Assembly: GCA_048128005.1 (NCBI GenBank)
Contig: JBEUKZ010000137.1
Coordinates: 124,001-188,000 of the forward strand
From: Veleropilina oligotropha
Lineage: Eukaryota
Direction of reading: 5' to 3'
DNA: 64,000 bases
In this document: positions 14,537 through 28,918 of the stretch, piece after piece
Numbering within the stretch: position 1 is the stretch's first letter
Layout of the letters: each line of letters starts with the position of its first letter
The notes under the pieces: generated by a model
What the model was told of the DNA's origin: nothing
The model's database searches: none
What the model saw: the letters and a program-made list of their open reading frames with translations, nothing else
Translations under genes and position numbers: made by a program

Positions 14537-15163
14537 GGAGTCAGGACAACTCGTGCCAGAGACAACTCGTGCCAGGACAAGTCGTGCCGAATACATATAT
14601 GCACATTTGACAATTTACATATTATATACAGTTAAAAATTTACATATATACACTGTTACAGTATTTTTAAATATATATTTATATGGGAATGGGACCATTG
14701 AGCCTCGATTTAGCTTTCGCAAGAAGATTGAGCTGCTTATCGGTTGCGAATATAAGATGGCGTTCGTCGTCTACGATAACCTCTTTTCGAAAAAATCCAT
14801 CCGGAAGGAAATCAGTGTCCAACTGAAAATATACAATATAATTATTGTAAATGTGGTATGTTTAGCTTGTGTTCCTGTATTTAACAAAATATATTGCACT
14901 ATATTATTGTAGACTAAATTGTATTTATATATATATTTGTGATTACATTAATAATATAATGATATCTCTGCATTATAATATATTCGCTATATATGACGTA
15001 CTATTATTATACATACCATGAACTGCAGATCTACAGGATCTTTTGGACGGGTTTTCTGACGGACACGGTTTGCATTCCTAACTAAATTCGTAAATTTGTT
15101 GTCTTAAATTCGGCACGACTTGTCCTGGCACGAGTTGTCTCTGGCACGAGTTGTCTAGAAGTC
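14537..15163. mobile_element. MITE with tandemly repeated TIR motifs and an 8-10-bp TSD (Mutator-like)
   Basis: (gacaactcgtgcca)x3 on the left, inverse on the right; flanking direct repeat gtcgataataagg at 14526 and 15161. Confidence 0.85.
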
Positions 15164-17699
15164 GATAATAAGGCCATGCGTCTGTAGTGCTATTGCCCAA
15201 TTACAAAATACCCAAGTTATAAGTTTGGCACTATACCCATTTTACCTTCAAATTTTCTAATTTCAAATAAAATTTAGTACATATCAATTTTTAAAATGAG
15301 TATATTTGCAGTACAATATGTCAGTTCTAGTTACAACAAGTTGCGACATCGTGCCGAGGTTAATATTATGGAAAGTTGAGCACTGCCGAAGTCAACCTGG
15401 GCAGTGCCTATTTTAACTTTGGCCGGTGTCAAAAGTTGGCCTCTAACAGCGCCACCTACATCGAAAGTTACTATCAAATAACTTTTGTTGCGGGAATCAC
15501 AATGCATGTCGGGCATGATAAATATTTATATATCAGGCATTTAAACAAAAGGCAGTCACTGCGATAAAGATTATTAAGTCACCAGGCTGTAAAGAAAGTG
15601 GAACAATTAACGAGACTGTTAATATTAAGATTTTAGAAAAACATCACTTCGAGCAGCGATGTTTAAGCTGTGAGCAAGGCGCTTAAATTATGACGAGCGT
15701 TTGTCGGGGCATTTACAGAATGGGAAATAAATAAAAGTACCTAGATTTTAATGAATATACTTTTGTAATGTATTTTACTGAACAATGCACATCAATCATT
15801 GAATGAACTATGATGGTAGTTAATTTATTGCGTAGCATCATATCATCTAATAGACTATGTAAATATGAATACAACGTTCCTATAAGTAATAAAGCGATCG
15901 GATACAATGCGGCTCCGAAATTTGACTCCATGGCAACTACAGCGTTATATCGGGTCCGTTATATCAAGGCTGTAGTGTACAGATTCTTTATATGACCTCC
16001 TGTGAGTCTTCTGTCTATTTATTGATTATTGTAAATGTATTAAATTTATATATAAATTTTAATACATAAACAATATGTTTAATTAAACCATTTTAATTGT
16101 AAACATATTTAATATACGACATCAAAAACAATAATTAGTCAAAAGATATAATGTGTTCTTTACTTCATTTATAGGCCTACAAAATTTACAATAACATTGT
16201 CACTTCTCTCTGACTTGTCATTGTTGTCTGCCAAAGAAAAGTCACTAAATTGTCCCCGTCAATTTCACCTGGTTAACAACTCCAAAGTCTGGCACATTCT
16301 AAATATCATTATATTCAAGCCAGTGCGTAATGATGCACAATGACCTTCATTTTGATCTATGATCTGCATGGCTCTGGCATCAACAATGGCTTTGGTATTC
16401 GGAATTACATTCGACTACAGGCATCAACTGCAACTTAACAAATAAGTATTTTGGGTTTGAAATCAATACTCCTTTCGCTTTCCGACTTTTCAGTGCTTCA
16501 ACACTTTGATGCTATAACAGTGGAGGCATTCGTGTCCAATGGACACATTTTTAGCTTGTATTTCTAATATTAAGTGCATTGATAAGTAAATTTGCTTATT
16601 GTTAAACAAAACTATAGTGTTTAAGTAGGAACTGGATAATTTGAATTCAGTTAACATTATATTATAAAAGGGGTACTTTGTGGCACAACTCGACCCTACG
16701 TGCTTCATGGTTTAACAGCAGACTTCTCAGATTACTAATTATTATAACCAAACCTCGTGATATAACCTATACATATATCTGGGGCTGATCTACGCATATT
16801 TTGCGCCATTATATTGGGTTTGGGCATTGGGAGTTTGGACGCTCATACTCGAGAAAGTAAAAAAGAATAAAACCAATGATTTACCTATAAAAATTATTGT
16901 TTATCTGCTATTGGCTTTACTCTTAACTTGACTTTAGGCTACGAAATATAGGTGACAAATTCGTATGAAATGACAAAATTGTCACTATTTACAATGTTAT
17001 TATGTACAATTTATCTTGGGAGTCTGTTGGTATTCATTTCTATATCGCGTCAATTCAAGCCGCGATTACGCTAATCCAAAATGATGAGAAAAAATAAACT
17101 TGTTTTTCAAATAGTAGTATCCGTCTGAAAAAACATGTAAATTCGCCAGATTATCTATTATTTCTTTAGCACACATTTGTTCAAATTATGAATCACAGTT
17201 GTCCGTGACTAGTAGAAGAGGGCGGGTTTACCCGGGCGACTGAGCTTTCCTCCCGCGATAATACGGACATGTCCTGGTTTGAACCAATTGATGGTTGGAA
17301 ATATACAGGATATTAAGCATCGATCCTTTCATTTTTTTTTTATTTCTTTAAAAAGTTATCCATGTATTAAAAAACTATTAAAATGACTTTTTAACTCCGC
17401 TGTGACATAGTCAGCGGAGCTTTACTGATACCGCTTTGTCCGGCTTACGTCCGTCCGTCGTCAACTTTTGACTTGAAATGTGAATATCTTCAAAACTGTC
17501 TGATCATTTTTTTTCTACTTTGGCATGAGCCTTCCTTATGATGTTCTTAACATATAATGAAATTTTTAGAAAATTCTACGGCTTGGTTTTTCTGAAATTT
17601 ACCTTTTTGGACTTGGAAAATCCATTTCTGCGTCAAGTTTCAACTTCAAATGTGAATAACTCCGAAACTGTCTGATGATAACTTTTTTTGTTAAGTATA

Positions 17700-19256
17700 G
17701 CATGAGTCTTCCTTATCATTTTTAGTTTAGCCTTTTACGGAGAAATTATTGTATTGAAGCTGTCTGTCTGTCTGTGTGGTGTATGTCCACGATGACTTTA
17801 CATGACTCAACTATGCTTCCTCTCGGATGAGCTTGTTAGTTGAGCCGTTTACGGAGAAACTATTGTATTGAGGCTGTGTGTGGTGGTGGTGTAGTCCACG
17901 ATGACTTCACATGGCCCAAATATGCTTCCTCTCGGATGCGCTTGGTTATGATGTGTTTAACTTATTCTGTGAATATTAGGAAAATGTACATCCGAGTTTT
18001 GCTGAAATTCGGAAATTGAACTTTGTCACAACAACTAGCCTGCATATCGGTATGCTATTACATGGAGATTCTCTGTGCTGCTCAAATTTCTAGTTGTTTG
18101 CCTATATTGATGAACCCTTTTCAGCGGAGCTAGATAGGTCGATAGGCCTCTTGTTATTGACTTACCTTCATCGTAATGTGTCAAAGTCGCTTTTGTTCCA
18201 CGTGTTCAGCCATTGCTGCCTACTTGAGGCTGTCTGTCTGTGTGGTGGTGGTGTATGTCCACGATGACTTTATATGCGGCTCAACTATGCTTCCTCTCGG
18301 ATGCGCTTGTTATAAGGAAAGTATCTATTAATTATTAGTTGAGCCGTTTACGAAGAAACTATTGTATCTAGAGGCTGTCTGTGTGGTGGTGTGTGGTGGT
18401 GTATGTCCACGATGACTTTACATGTCATAACATGGTCATATAGCCACGAAACTTCATATATATGAGGCGTATTTATCGACATCTCAAATCGATTTGAATT
18501 TAGATTTAGATTTACTATGATGCAAAATCGCTTTTGGTGATTTGATCATACGTAGATAAATGCGCTAATTTAGATTTGCAACCTAGTTAAAATGGCTACT
18601 GAGAACGACTGTCGAAAAGAGATTTTAAGTATGATATTCCTCGAGCTATCTAGTCATGAAATTCATAATAAAATAGGGAGGCGAAATGATTTTGCAATCT
18701 GACCTGGGGAAATACTGTAGAACTCGCAAAAGGCCGAGAATAGAAGATTATGTAGAAAATACTTTTCATGATATATACGTGACAAGTGCGATCGCGATGT
18801 TGTATGAACCAAACAACATTTGCTGAACATTCTAGGACCCCATATATTGCTTCACAATATTCACGGTCGATGGTCGGATAAAACGTCGCCATGTTGAAGA
18901 GTAAATCCAAATCGCCCATGGAGGCGATTTGCCGATTTGCCATAATCGATTTGAATTTGGATGTAGATAAATGCGCCGATTTATTAAAGCGATTTAGATT
19001 TGATGTTAGATAAATGCGCCGATTAACGATTTAAGTAATCGATATAGTAAATCGATGGTCGATAATACGCCTATAATATATGAGTGGATATATCTAACTA
19101 CTGATTGATTTATGAGGTCAAGGTCACCAAAGTCAAATAAGTGTAAAATACATAAACAGACATATCTCTGGACTCGTCAACCTAGAAACATAAAATTAAG
19201 TTTATTGAGAGTGGGCACTGCGGCTCAACTATGCTTCCTCTCAGATGCGCTTGTTT
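17700..19256 (-). mobile_element. Cluster of short HINE-like units (aacaagcgcatccgagaggaagc...aacggctcaacta family); plus-strand copies at 21035-21148, 37338-37646, 38400-38520
   Basis: Repeated tagttgagccgttt...gtccacgatgactttac...gcttcctctcggatgcgcttg, partly head to tail. Confidence 0.8.
18465..19072. mobile_element. PIF/Harbinger-like MITE nested in a HINE-like element
   Basis: TIRs aggcgtatt(t)atcgac / gtcgataatacgcct; flanks rejoin into sequence that is contiguous in the 37338 copy. Confidence 0.7.
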
Positions 19257-22200
19257 AATAAAGTTATACATTTGATTGCATATGTCAGCAAAGCTATTAA
19301 TAATAAAACACAGTTAACATAACCTGATATTCATGAAGTGATTGAACTAAATTTTAAAATTTTAATTTTACCATTCATGGATAATTGAAACTGTATTATT
19401 ATAAATATTGAATAACTACCTAAAATAGACTCGGGTGTAAATTATTTCATATCACACCTTTTCAGATGGACAAGACATATTTCAGGGTATCTAGTTGGCA
19501 TCAAGGATGATCATACAATTAATAGTAGTATTAAAATATTTCCCATGCAGTTAGTGCATGCTTATAGTATGACCATAATGCTATGAATATAGGCTGGATA
19601 TTTGTTAGGTAGATTTTTCAATTATCGAGGCCGCTCGCTTACCTATGAGGCCCCAAACTAAAACCCTGGATCAGCCCCTGTATATATATAATATTACTGA
19701 ACTGACCTTGATTGCAACAACCATCTAAACAATAATGACGCCAGGGATTAATGCATGTTTTCGTGACAACTATCCTTTCATAAAAATACAATTATCCACT
19801 AGAGTGTTAAATCAAAGTAATGAAGAGAATTTATCTATAATATCTTTGTCTTGACATTTTTGTAAAAAATATGGTCCAAGCAGACAATGTTTAAGGTTAA
19901 GATATATATTCTGAGTGCATCATTCTGGTTTAACATTGTTTACCAGGTCTTGGTGATTAAATTGACCTGTTAACTGCTTATATGCTTCACTTGGAGAACC
20001 TTTTGATGTTAATTCTATCTGTTTGTCACGCAAACAGGTATCCCATGTGAAAGGGATGTAATTAAATCTGAATGATGGTTGTCTCTTGAGAGAGATAATA
20101 AGGATGGACTAGCTGCAATGTGAGACAAGGCAATCCAAGACTGTGGCAAGGAATGGTGCATTGAGCTTATATAGAAATCTGGTCATTGACATTTAGCCGA
20201 AAAACAACAAATAGGAAATTGCAACATAAAATTCGGATCCGCTTTCCGATTCATATCAACTTTGGGAGGACCGAGCCTATGGTGGATCCTATCTCGTGTA
20301 AAAAAAGTGACTAAATCGGACCAATGGTTGTCATTATGCTCACGGACAGACAATGCGCAAATCTGGAAATTGTTAAATTGCGTCATAAAATCTGGATCCG
20401 CTTTCCAATTCGGATAGTCTTTAAGGATGACCGCATGTACTGTATATAGTAGGATGTCCCTATCTCGCGATCGTGTACAGAAATTTTGTAAGTCTGATCA
20501 ACTGTTGATGAGAATGCTCATGGACAGATAGACAGCCAGGCAAACCGATCCAAATGCAATGCCATCTCCCACCACTAGGCATAATTCATTACAAAACATC
20601 TATACAGAGAGGATAATATATTATTTATGGTCTCAATGATGGTTATTTAAAAGAGACCTTTCCTCTTTAAATGGTTTCACAACATCTTGAGTGTCCATGA
20701 TCATAGCGCCATGGCGTGTTTAAGTCTGCTAGAGGAGTGTGTTTTAGTCATTTTGTCTTTCCCACAGTAGTTTTTCTTTCTTGAATTTATAATTAGCACT
20801 ATAATTTAACGTCAGGTTATAATTTGATTATTGAATTTGTTAATCATATTTATTCGATCATAGCCATATCTACATAAAATATTTATGTAATTTATCACCT
20901 TTTATAATTAAATTATGTGCATAATATAATATTCCCATTGTCAACCCACTAAACGAAAGGCAGCCACTGTGATGTTACTGATCCTAAGATGACCACAAAT
21001 TAACATTTATGATCCTAATATTAAATATAGATTGAACAAGCGCATCCGAGAGGAAGCATAGTTGAGCCATGTAAAGTCATCGTGGACATACACCACCACC
21101 ACACATACAGCCCCAATACAATAGTTTCTCCGTAAACGGCTCAACTAATTAAACATTCGCTACCTAACTATTTGTGATGTCTTTGGGTGTATGTAAGTTA
21201 ATTTACTTTCTATTCTTAACTGTGTGCTATACCATCCACAACATGAGTAATAATTTTTACCATGAGGATAATCTTTTAATTCTTAATTAACATATCAACT
21301 GCAAGGCTGTGATCAGTTGTTTGGTAAATGATATCCATAGGATTGTCTAAGAACATGGTAACTTGATATTCCTTAATGCTCTGCTGGACAGCTGGACTGT
21401 GGTGCAGATATCTAGGTGCCTGAACAGGAAGGTCATTAATCTTATCTTGTCAACATTGGAGGGAGAGTTCTTGCAAACCTGTGTTTCCTCTTGTGGACAA
21501 ATCCTAAAATTATGTTTCATTTTAGGTTGCATTTTGCTGCAATTACTCTATTCTTATGCTTCAAGTTAATATATATCTACTGATGTAAGTATAATTTTAG
21601 AAAGATTTTGTAATGCAATGTTATTTCATAATAATGCTTTCTTAATGATCAATTCTTGATTTCGTGTACAATTTAGCAGTTTTCCTTAATTGTATCTACA
21701 GTATGAAAGACTAGAGGATATGGTATCCTAGTAATCATCTAAGCTCTTATTTATATATCTGATGTTTGTAAACCATTTATTTGTATATAATATTATTATG
21801 TCCAACATCATTACATGTCCAATGTCTTAATTGGCATGAAGTTTCTATAAAACATAATTCTGATATTCTAAGAGATCATTACTTTAAACACCCAATATGG
21901 TTCTTTCCTGTTGGTCCACCACAAATGGAAGTCTGTCCGACACCATTGACATGATCTATGATCCAGAGGAAAGCCAGATTTCTTGTTTCTTGTTGAAATT
22001 GACATGACATTTCATTTCAATTCAATTTACACTCCATGTTTACTATATATATAATCATATATCTTAGCAATCTTCTTCATATCAACAAAAACTGTCTAAA
22101 AATATAAACTTTTCAGCTGATTGTATTGTTTATTAATTATTATACATTTATGGCTATTTTCTGGTTGTGCATCCACATCGGATTATTACTTAAGTAGACA

Positions 22201-23967
22201 TGGAATTAGTACTTAATTATCATCAGTGCAGGTATTATTTTCATATCATATGTATATTAATTGTATCTATTACTTTCATATGGCCAGAATTGGTGATGGA
22301 ATCTTCACTTTCATATCGTCAGTATGGACACATTGGATATATTACCTTCAAATTGTTATTGCGGACTGATGATGGATACATTACATTCATTTCATCAGAG
22401 CAGACATTGGATTTCTTTATCTTTGTGTCACTGTTGCGAACGTTGGATTTATTACGTTCATATCACCAATGTGGATGTTGGAGCCATGACTCATTACTTT
22501 CATACTGACAAAATGGATATATTACTTGCAATTGGACTCATTACTTTCATATCATCGTTGCAGATGTTGGATTTATTATTTACATGGAATTTTTACCTTC
22601 ACATTGGGATTTATATATCTTATATTCAGACAGTGAGACTATCGAGAATTATAACCTAAGATAGCTTTACATTTTATACACGAACTTGAGTGTCAAAAAT
22701 CTGTGAGTATGAAATTTTATTATGATTTATATTGCTTATTAAAATCATATTACTCTAAATACGTGCTCTATGAATTGAAGTGTCTTGTTATATTCACTTA
22801 ATATTTAACGTTATCCGGGGGTGGCAAATTTGATACGTACGTTTATCCTGCGAGCTTTGAAATTATCACATGAGTGTGATATTAATTATCATAGCACACA
22901 GGATAAACATACGTGTCAAACGAGAATCTGCAGGGTAACTTATTTTTTGTAATTCTTAGTTTATTTGCGTGTCGTTGCTGAACAATCACTACGTAAAGAA
23001 TAAGGTCATGTAAATTGCACCTTGCAGGTTCTAAGCGCAAAATAACCTGGATATTTGAAAGTTGAAGAATAGTTTAGTCATATAAGTTCATTGTATATGA
23101 TTGAATCTCAAAGAAATACTTGAAAACATATGATTATCTCCCGCAGAAGCGAAATGACGTCTTTATGAATTAATTGCGATAAATTATCAACGTCCAGAAA
23201 ATGGACACTCGACACGACTGGTTCGCACAAAACGGTTTCCTTATAAATTCCATATTACCTACGTAGAACAAAAATGTGAAGTAGTTTGTAAATGCAGTTC
23301 CTCATAAGCTGCTCGCAAAAATTGAAATCTTTGTCAGTCACCGTAAAACAGTCAGACTTGCGAGTAACTACACTTGTTACTTATAATATAGGCCACTTGC
23401 TGTAACTCGCAATGACTTTTATTTCACTTGCTTCGAATTTGCAAAACTCATAGGTGCCTTGCACGTCATTAACATGTTACTTGCAAGTGACTTATAAGTA
23501 GTTGTGAGTAAATTCCATGTGGGTCGACGCGTAGTTTGATACGAAAACGTCGAGTGTGATAATATGTAATGAGTATTTGTCCAAACTCCATGTGACGTTA
23601 TACAGTTAACAGTTATAATCCAATTTGGTTTAATATGATGACGTCACAATCATGGTCATTTTCACATGTACAATCAAGATGGTTGCCGTAGGGGGTGTTC
23701 AGAATGATACACAAATCTGATTTCAGGGTCAAGACCGAATGCGACATCCGAAACTGGTGTTCACCATGACACAGCTGTGATGTTTTTACTCAAGTTGTTA
23801 GATTCACTGAAATGATTTTCATTCTATTATTTTGGATAATTACACTTTTAATCTGTGAAATAACGCCGCTTTTTAAGTTAAATAAATCTATCGCTTGTCC
23901 AGAAACTGTTTGTCATCATTACTCTCTGTTGGATAGTTTGATATTGGTTTTAGTTATCCCTCTATAT

Positions 23968-24803
23968 ACAAGAGCCCGTTAGGAAACGGATTCATCCCCC
24001 GCCTTCCGCAATCACTCTGATATAAACTTTAACCAAAATTTCTATGTCCCAACACATCAAGTTTCTTCAATATTTATACAAAATAATATTCAATATCATT
24101 GCTAGAGTAAAAGATGGTATCAATATAAGCAGCATCAAAGAATATGTATGCAATAATGGCACAGAACGGAAATTCACTCAACTTTATCAAAAATTAATGT
24201 GTCCATAAACACTAATTTCACATGTTATTTATATTATGAATCACTTGTAGATGAGGGAGCAGCATCAATATAGTCAACACTACGTATATGGATGTAAAAC
24301 AGTGCCTAGAACAACCCATATGCCCATAGAAAAATTTACACAAAACTTTACCCAAAATTTCTATGTCCAAAAATACCTATTTTTATGCAATAATTATATT
24401 AAATTTAATTCAACATCACTTCCATAGTATCAGTTGACATTCATATTATCGATACCAAAACAAATATACACCAAAATGTTGTTTCAGCAACCCATATACA
24501 CTCAATGAATAACTTGAACCAAAATTTCTATGTTCAAAAACACCTACATTTATGCAATAATTATATTACATTTTATTCAATTTCACTTCCAGAGTACCAG
24601 CTGTCATCCATATAACGCCTACATAATCATATATATGCCAAAAAGTATCATGGGCAAGCTATATACACTCGATTCAAAACTTTAACCAAATTGTTTACGG
24701 ACGGATGGACGTACAGATGGACAGATGTACAGATGGACGGACGGACGTACGGGCGGATATGGCAACAACAATATCCCCCGCTACCTTCGGGCGGGGGATA
24801 CAA
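23968..24803 (+). mobile_element. HINE-like element; second full copy nested at 48575-49379
   Basis: acaagagcccgttag...ccccgcc start, (GACG/GATG)n, then atatcccccgc...gcgggggata terminal hairpin in both copies. Confidence 0.85.
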
Positions 24804-25719
24804 AATTAAACTGTAGACAAATAGTGAACGGTTCTAATATATGAAAGTCAAATTATGAGGATCTTCATATTTGAGTAAAGAAAAATCTTTGTCATCACCA
24901 AGACAGACCGCCCCAGTATTTGTGTGATATCGATTGCCGACTGTGAAATCACTGGCTCGATTGCGCTAACAGGATTGTGTTCGAATCTAAGTTGGGACAT
25001 GACATTCTTCGTTCAGTTATCAATCACAGTTTTCCGTAACTGGCTTGAGAGAGTGGGTTTCTCTGAGCGACCGGGTTTTCTCCCGCAAAAATATGTACAT
25101 ATCATGCCTTGAACCTAAAGACTGAAAATACATAGGACATTAAGCGTTGATCTAATGTAATCACCAAGACAGAAGCTTCTAGTCTCAAAAATTGAATGAA
25201 ATTCATATAACGTTCATCATTATATATTAAAGGTTGTTTATGTCAACTGTAAATAATTATTTCTATGTATATAATTTTGGTGGTATTGTATTGCGAAGGC
25301 ATGTACAATGGTGGGAATATGCTACATGGTATATGCAGAAAGAGAATGCATTGCATCGATGATTACATTTAACACACTTTTAGGGTCATATACCAGGACA
25401 TTTTCATCTAACGGTGAGAGGAATGTTTGATCATCCACATAAACCCACCTTTCCCGGCCAGCCAGACATGGAATACTGCAGCCCCACGAAATCTGCAAAT
25501 GAAACATTCGAACCCATTCCCGCACCGCCACAATAATGATTGCCTTTCAGCAAGAGAGAGAGAGAGAAAGAAAGGGAAAACAAGAGAAACATGAATGAGA
25601 CATTATATGCCCGCATAATTAGTATTCAATGACATTACACGATATCGTTGAATATGAATAGGCTTCTTGCTTGTAAAGTGATTAACCCATTCTGCAAGTT
25701 TCATTGAAAAACAAGAAAT

Positions 25720-26362
25720 ATCTTCAAATAAAATGGCCGCCGCGATGGCCATCTTGGATCCGAAAACAAAAGGAAATCCTTAGGTGGCATGTCCTCATCA
25801 CAACTAACTTGCATATCAAATTTGAATCAAATCAGAAAATAAATGCACTGTAGAGCGTGCACAAGAAATCTCTTCAAATAAAATGGCCGCCACGGTGGCC
25901 ATCTTGGATCCAAAAACGACAATAAATCGTTAGGTTGTGTGTCCTCAGCATAACTAACATGCATACCAAATTTGAATCAAATCGGATAATAACTTTTCAC
26001 TGTAGAGCGCACACAAGTAATCTAATCAAGCAAAACGCCGAAAATGTTTAGGCGGCATATACTCATCATAACGAATGCGCATACCAAATATGAATTAAAT
26101 TGGATAATAACTTTTTACTGTAAAGCACACACAGGAAATCTATCCAAACAAAATGGCCGCCACGGCAACCATCTTGGATCCGAAAACGACGAAAATCATT
26201 AGGTGGCGTGTCCTCATTCATCATAACTGACGTGAATACCAAATTGAAATCAAATCGGATTATAATCTTTCACTGTAGAGCGCACACAATAAATCTCTGC
26301 GGCAGCGGCTGAACGATGCCTAAACCATACTATCCCCGAAATGTTAAATTTCGGGGATACAA
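25720..26362 (+). mobile_element. HINE-like element with degenerate satellite units
   Basis: Repeated aaaatggccgcc...ccatcttggatcc; terminal hairpin tatccccgaaat...atttcggggata. Confidence 0.75.
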
Positions 26363-26899
26363 TAATCTGTTTTTGCATAGCTACGCTGCTGAGTCAAAAT
26401 GTATTTTTGTTTTCGAACAAGGACCAGAAGTCGATGACAAATCGTGTGGCATGGTTGAAAGTATATAGGCTTCTTCTTTTGACATGGTTAAGCCAATTCT
26501 TGCAATTTACTTTCATTATGAAAGAATTATATTTGCTCAGTTATCGTGCAGAACAAAATTTCTTTTTGTTTTCAAGCAAGTGCAAGATGTTATCAACAAA
26601 TCGAGTGACGTGATTGAAAATGAATAGGCTTCATCGTTGTCACATGATTAAGACATCCGGCCAGTTTCATTTTAAAATAATATATATTATTTTAGTTATC
26701 GTGCTGAAATGAAAAGTCAGTGACAAATTGACGTAAATGAACTGGCTTATTCCTACTGTCATGATTAAGTCATCTGACAAGGTTCAATGTGAAATAAATT
26801 GTATTTGTTTAATTATTGTACGGAAAATACATTTTGTTTTGTTTTCGAACAAGGGCCAGACTTCAGTGACAATTCAATCAACACAACTGAAAATAAAAC

Positions 26900-27110
26900 A
26901 TTGTTTTACGACCACTTTTAGCAATTTTTCAGCTGTATCGTAGTCAGGACACCCGGTTTAAGATCTCACTCCGATCTGATCGACATGCATTAGGGATATG
27001 CCTTCTATTATTTTATGAGGTAGCATGGACCGCCGCTGGTCTGGAACCCAGGATCAACTTTCAGCTTCGGTTGAGAGTCTGACCCGCTAACCACTCACCC
27101 GCCGATGCCA
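26900..27110 (-). mobile_element. tRNA-derived SINE (Deu-domain-like body); related copy at 48080-48303
   Basis: Minus-strand A-box gggtgagtgg and B-box ggttccagacc; body ttttacgaccacttttagcaatttttcagctgtatcgtag...cattagggatatgcc shared by both copies. Confidence 0.7.
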
Positions 27111-27199
27111 CTAAAGATGATATAATTCTTGAGATATTGTGCAAAAACAAAGGCGGTGAAAGGGCAGACAGACGACGTACATCGCCACAGCATAATTCA

Positions 27200-27727
27200 T
27201 ATTTCCTGGTGAAGACCGAATTCGGTCTTCGTGAGAAATGTGATTTCAGGGTGAAGACCGAATTCGGTCTTCGTGGCAAATCTGATTTCAGGGTGAAGAC
27301 CGAATTCGGTCTTGGTGAGAAATCTGATTTCAGGGTGAAGACCGAATTCAGTCTTCGTGAGAAATCTGATTTCAGGGTGAAGACCGAATTCGGTCTTGGT
27401 GAGAAATCTGATTTCAGGGTGAAGACCGAATTCAGTCTTCGTGACAAATCTGATTTCAGGGTGAAGACCGAATTCGGTCTTCGTGACAAATCTGATTTCA
27501 TGGTGAAGATCGAATTCGGTCTTCGTGAGAAATCTAATTTCAGGGTGAAGACCGAATTCGGTCTTGGTGAGAAATCTGATTTCAGGGTGAAGACCGAATT
27601 CGGTCTTCGTGAGAAATCTGATTTCAGGGTGAAGACCGAATTGAGTCTTAGTGAGAAATCTTATTTCCTGGTCAACAACGAATTCGGTCTTCATGAGAAT
27701 TCTGATAATTGGGTAAGGACTAAATTC
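27200..27727. repeat. 42-bp tandem repeat x12 made of two palindromes
   Basis: Unit GAAGACCGAATTCGGTCTTC-GTGA-GAAATCTGATTTC-AGGGT, starting at 27211 + 42n. Confidence 0.95.
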
Positions 27728-28210
27728 AACATTGTTAGAACTTAAAACGATGGTCAAGACTACGCATGAGCCTTCAGCAGACAAATATAGCGGTCTTGTC
27801 CCTATTTTTGATAGTTTTGACCCTCCAGCGGAATGGGTCAATCTGTAGCAGAATGTGTTATATACAACCAAAATAAGACGTAAATGAGACGTCAATATAA
27901 AACGTCTAAAAGACGTAATAAAGACGTCGTGTGCCCACTGGGACGTTATGTTTAAATGATTGATTATGATCAAACTTATTGTTTATCTAGTTAATTAATC
28001 TTGGCTGTTTTAATAACTATGTCTATGCTGTGTACTTTCCATACTGGGCGAGAAAACTTACATAGCCTTGTCCGGTTGTCCCAATCGTCGCACACGATTC
28101 TTGTACTCTTACAGCCATGTATTTGATCCATCTGTGAATTTATTAACACTGTCAAATGTATTGTCTGTATGTATATATTGTGATTCAATAAAATATTGTT
28201 TAATCTAATA

Positions 28211-28384
28211 CCAGTCATAACGTCCCTTTGTCAAATCGTCCTCGGTTTGGTCAAAATGTCCTCGATTTGAAAGTCAAAACGTCCTCAGGTTATCAAATCG
28301 TCCTCTGGTCAAAACATCCTCCTCTTCAGATAATTGCAACTCGTTCAATGCGAGGACGATTTGACAAAGGGATATTTTGACTGG
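28211..28384. mobile_element. Small MITE with repeated gtcaaa.cgtcctc motifs
   Basis: ccagtcataacgtccctttgtcaaatcgtcctc on the left is inverse to gaggacgatttgacaaagggatattttgactgg on the right. Confidence 0.7.
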
Positions 28385-28918
28385 ATACCCCTGCATGTGC
28401 CTGTTAAGGGCTGCTTATCAATGTGTTTTTATGATACACTTCTGCTTGTTGCAAAGGGAGTTATTTATTTCGTTTTTTGGACGTGCTTCGCAGTAAAATT
28501 TACTTAAACGGAGGACTAGCTGCGATATGGGAATTGTTGACATGTCTGAAAACTCGCCATATACGTCTGTTCCATTCTGAAAGGAAAAAGACATTTTTGA
28601 GAACGGAGTACGATTACTGAATTAGTGTACTTTAATTAATCATTTGTGTATATAATTTTTACTCGTATTTTATTGTCTGTTTAATTGTTTTAACTACGTG
28701 TATGCAGATTGTGTATTAAATAATTATCAGAAATTAGTCGTTCGTGTAACGGATAAATTATCAACTAATTGCTGTCATTTGAAATTGCATTTACTGATAC
28801 ATTTACCGTTTGTATTTTGATTAATACTGTTTACGCTAATGATTTAAACGTTAACGTTTCAATATTTTAGGACCAGGGGGGATGTAGGCTGTTTTTATTT
28901 AGACAACATCAAATATAC

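Noticed and set aside
22200..22659. Two overlapping ORFs of 102-111 aa
   Set aside because: Degenerate low-complexity repeat (ttggat..attactttcatatc); no recognisable protein
27200..27727. CRISPR-like palindromic repeat array
   Set aside because: No unique spacers (intervening sequence is constant), no cas genes, and the context is eukaryotic
27061..27973. Repeat-protein ORFs (146-258 aa)
   Set aside because: Explained by the 42-bp unit being a multiple of three
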